Shown here piece by piece: positions 23,314 through 25,633 of a DNA stretch of 25,633 nucleotides; the stretch's first letter is position 1, and each line of letters begins with the position of its first letter. The DNA is from a virus (lineage: Duplodnaviria > Caudoviricetes). The notes under the pieces were generated by a model, which did no database searches, was not told where the DNA came from, and worked only from the letters and a program-made list of their open reading frames with translations. Location of the stretch: the IMG/VR virus record IMGVR_UViG_3300012663_000698, positions 1 through 25,633 of that record; one strand, 5' to 3'. Both the position numbers and the translations under genes were made by a program.

Positions 23314-24042
23314 TTATTTCCTTTTAAGTGCAACGGCCCAGCCGTTGTTTTCAAATATAAATGCATTACCTATCTTAGTAATGTTGTAGTTGCCAATGTA
23401 CTTAGTTAAAAACATAATTTCGGCCATTGCGTTACCTTCAAGCATAATTGGGCCTTTAGTTGATTCGTAAACTTCTTCTTTAGGGCCGCTAGTAATAATA
23501 TCAAAAACAACCGTGTCCTTCCAAATTCTTTTAAAACTAATAGACTCTCCTAACACTGTTAGATTGTCTGCATAGCTGTTACTAAAGAAATTGCTAAAAT
23601 TTTCCATAGCAAATTTTTCTGTTGCTATTTTATAAGAATCTGAATCTAAAGGAAGAGAAGATGCTAAATTTTCTTCAGTTGCCTCTTTACTCTTAAAGCT
23701 CTTAAAATATCGAAATCTAAAATTATCAATTTTAGAAATTTTTTCAACACCGTCGAGTATTTCTCTAATTTGGCTAGGAGCATGTCGCCCTCTTTCTATC
23801 TCAACAAATACTTTATACGTGCCGTCGTCAGTCTCGCCAGAAGTAACATCTGCATCAAGCACAAAGTTGTAACCCATTTCAATAAAATTTTCTAAATCTT
23901 TAGCTGGATCTTCGCTGTCAACTGTAAAACAAATTACAATAACATCTTGATCGTCACCAATCTTACTTTTGTAAGAGTCAATAGTTATTACATTACTTAC
24001 AAAGTTGCGTAGATCATGCTGTTGTAAACTTTCGTTAATCAT
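23314..24042 (-). CDS. Hypothetical phage protein, 242 aa
   Basis: Long ORF in operon order, containing IDSYKSKIG.D..VIV..F. Confidence 0.8.
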   Translation of the reverse strand: MINESLQQHDLRNFVSNVITIDSYKSKIGDDQDVIVICFTVDSEDPAKDLENFIEMGYNFVLDADVTSGETDDGTYKVFVEIERGRHAPSQIREILDGVEKISKIDNFRFRYFKSFKSKEATEENLASSLPLDSDSYKIATEKFAMENFSNFFSNSYADNLTVLGESISFKRIWKDTVVFDIITSGPKEEVYESTKGPIMLEGNAMAEIMFLTKYIGNYNITKIGNAFIFENNGWAVALKRK

Positions 24043-24050
24043 ATCAACCT

Positions 24051-24614
24051 TTATACTGTTGGAGCAGGAGCTGCCCCTGCTATTGGTGCTGCTGGTGCTG
24101 CGTTACCTGCTACTGGTACTGCGCCAGCGGCTGGTGCAGCAGGTGCGGCTGGAGTAGTTGGTTCAATAGCAGTTTCGCCATTCTCGTTCTTTAATTTATC
24201 CATGTAACCGCGGTATATATCAAACGCTACTTTCTTAGGCATTTGAATTTCTACAATCCAAATAGGGTTACGATCTAGTTTACCTTTTTTTGTGCCTGGA
24301 CGGATATCATCCTCGCTTTTAATTTTGCGTGGCTCAATCATATGAGAAGTTTCATATTTTACTTTGCAACCTAAATCGATTAATCGTTTGGCTGCAATAG
24401 GGTTTGGCATCTTTTCACGCGGCCACATAAACCCAGCTGTGATCCAATGACGATCAACTTGCGGCCCGTAGGCTAGTTCGCCGTCTTCCCAGTTTTCGTA
24501 CACATACATATCCATCTCGTCTAGCACTCTTTCAAAGTCTTTTAAGATAGCTAGGCTAGTGTTATTTTCGTATATATCGTCAATGTTTTTAATTACGTCT
24601 AAAATATCGTACAT
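24051..24614 (-). CDS. Hypothetical phage protein, 187 aa, with Ala/Pro tail
   Basis: Contains LKDFERVLD..D.YVY.NW..GEL..GP. GCTAAATA lies upstream at 24646-24639. Confidence 0.8.
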   Translation of the reverse strand: MYDILDVIKNIDDIYENNTSLAILKDFERVLDEMDMYVYENWEDGELAYGPQVDRHWITAGFMWPREKMPNPIAAKRLIDLGCKVKYETSHMIEPRKIKSEDDIRPGTKKGKLDRNPIWIVEIQMPKKVAFDIYRGYMDKLKNENGETAIEPTTPAAPAAPAAGAVPVAGNAAPAAPIAGAAPAPTV

Positions 24615-24638
24615 GTTGAGTCCTAGAATTCTATCTTG

Positions 24639-24707
24639 TATTTAGCCATCTTTAAAAAGGCCAAACGATTAACGTATCTGTTAATATTCTAGAGTATTCG
24701 TTAAATA
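24639..24707. promoter_or_regulatory. Divergent pair of putative late promoters
   Basis: TAAATA on the minus strand (24644-24639) and on the plus strand (24702-24707), both followed by C. Confidence 0.5.
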
Positions 24708-24786
24708 CTTGTGTAGGACCTCTGTAGTTATCGAGGCGGTCGCTACAAGTCCTGCTTTTTCTAACAAAGAGTAGGAGTTAACTTAG

Positions 24787-25503
24787 ATGACAAAAAGAGT
24801 GAAAAAACGCTTTACATCAGACGTTAAGGTAATTGACTTTCAACCATACCTTCCACAAAAGAAGCAACGTGTCGTTATGCAGGCACGATCTGCTAATCAG
24901 AAACAATACTTACAAAAACTGCAAGATGAAGACACTAGCATTGTATTTGCTATCGGTCCAGCTGGTACAGGTAAAACTATGCTAGCAGTTATGCACGGGA
25001 TTAAGTTGTTTCAAGAGGGAATAGTTGATAAAATAGTCGTTACAAGACCCGCCGTTTCCGTAGATGAGGATTTAGGATTTTTACCAGGTACGCTAAATGA
25101 AAAGATGGCACCTTGGACCCGTCCTATATTTGATGTCTTAGGAGAGTATTACAAAACGCAAGACATTGCAAAGATGTTAGATGAAGGTGTGATTGAGATT
25201 AGTCCGTTGGCATACATGCGCGGCCGAACCTTTAAAAATGCTTACATTATTGCTGACGAAATGCAAAATGCAACAGTAAACCAAATGAAGATGTTATTAA
25301 CTCGATTAGGAGAAAACTCTAAGATGGTTGTTACAGGAGATTTAGCTCAAGCAGACAGATTAAATGATAACGGTTTAATTAATTTTTGCAACCTACTCAC
25401 TAACAAAGATACTAACCATATCGATGTTATACAATTTGATCACAAGGATATTGAACGGCATGCAGCAGTTGCCGAAGTATTGTCACTTTACGGTGATTGT
25501 TAA
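24787..25503 (+). CDS. phoH: PhoH-family ATPase
   Basis: GPAGTGKT, TRPAV, LGFLPG, PLAYMRGRTF, DEMQN and GDLAQAD. AGGAG RBS. Confidence 0.95.
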   Translation: MTKRVKKRFTSDVKVIDFQPYLPQKKQRVVMQARSANQKQYLQKLQDEDTSIVFAIGPAGTGKTMLAVMHGIKLFQEGIVDKIVVTRPAVSVDEDLGFLPGTLNEKMAPWTRPIFDVLGEYYKTQDIAKMLDEGVIEISPLAYMRGRTFKNAYIIADEMQNATVNQMKMLLTRLGENSKMVVTGDLAQADRLNDNGLINFCNLLTNKDTNHIDVIQFDHKDIERHAAVAEVLSLYGDC

Positions 25504-25508
25504 TTCAT

Positions 25509-25534
25509 AAAAAAAGGACCTTCGGGTCCTTTTT
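25509..25534. terminator. Bidirectional intrinsic terminator with cUUCGg tetraloop
   Basis: AAAAAGGACC-TTCG-GGTCCTTTTT between convergent genes. Confidence 0.92.
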
Positions 25535-25536
25535 CA

Positions 25537-25633
25537 TTATACTTGTTCTACTGTAACACCTGATCGTTCAAGGAACGCAGTACCATCAGTACTACGATAA
25601 CTGTTACGATAGAATACACTGCGAATGCCACTT
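25537..25633 (-). CDS. C-terminal fragment of a probable dCMP deaminase (ComEB-like)
   Basis: SGIRSVFYRNSYRSTDGTAFLERSGVTVEQV* resembles the tail that follows the PCxxC motif. Only 31 codons are visible. Confidence 0.55.
   Translation of the reverse strand, partial: SGIRSVFYRNSYRSTDGTAFLERSGVTVEQV

Noticed and set aside
24051-24160. GCT/GCA-rich repeats
   Set aside because: Explained by an Ala/Pro-rich protein tail.
24678-24707. Pho box upstream of phoH
   Set aside because: The GTTAA half-sites are 20 nt apart rather than 11 or 22, and match CTGTCAT poorly.
1-25633. tRNA, rRNA, CRISPR array, transposase or integrase
   Set aside because: None recognised. Intergenic gaps are short and largely explained by promoters and terminators.

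Overview
The window looks like a 25.6 kb segment of a large T4-related tailed phage, probably a jumbo phage. It uses the standard genetic code, and its spanins point to a Gram-negative host. Nearly all genes are on the minus strand and fall into five blocks. (1) Replication and base modification (1-9526): DsbA-like DNA-binding protein, family B DNA polymerase, short UDP-sugar dehydrogenase, putative sliding clamp, cation/H+ antiporter, TGT/DpdA-like guanine transglycosylase, QueD-like T-fold protein and a glycosyltransferase cut by the window edge. (2) Probable capsid-internal proteins (9634-16534), with a Dps, a HIGH-family nucleotidyltransferase and a KxDG ligase-fold protein. (3) ClpA and DnaJ. 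(4) An expanded lysis cassette: GH19 endolysin, i-/o-spanins, holin and accessory membrane proteins. (5) Divergent phoH, converging on a dCMP deaminase-like gene. The best candidate for a new system is a clamp-tethered DNA base-exchange plus glycosylation pathway: the transglycosylase ends in the same TFxSLF tail as the polymerase. Other notable signals are a covarying tandem hairpin before the polymerase start, a promoter/RBS-sequestering hairpin before dnaJ, and capsid-targeting-like N-termini on enzymes. All family calls come from motif recognition by eye; no searches were run.
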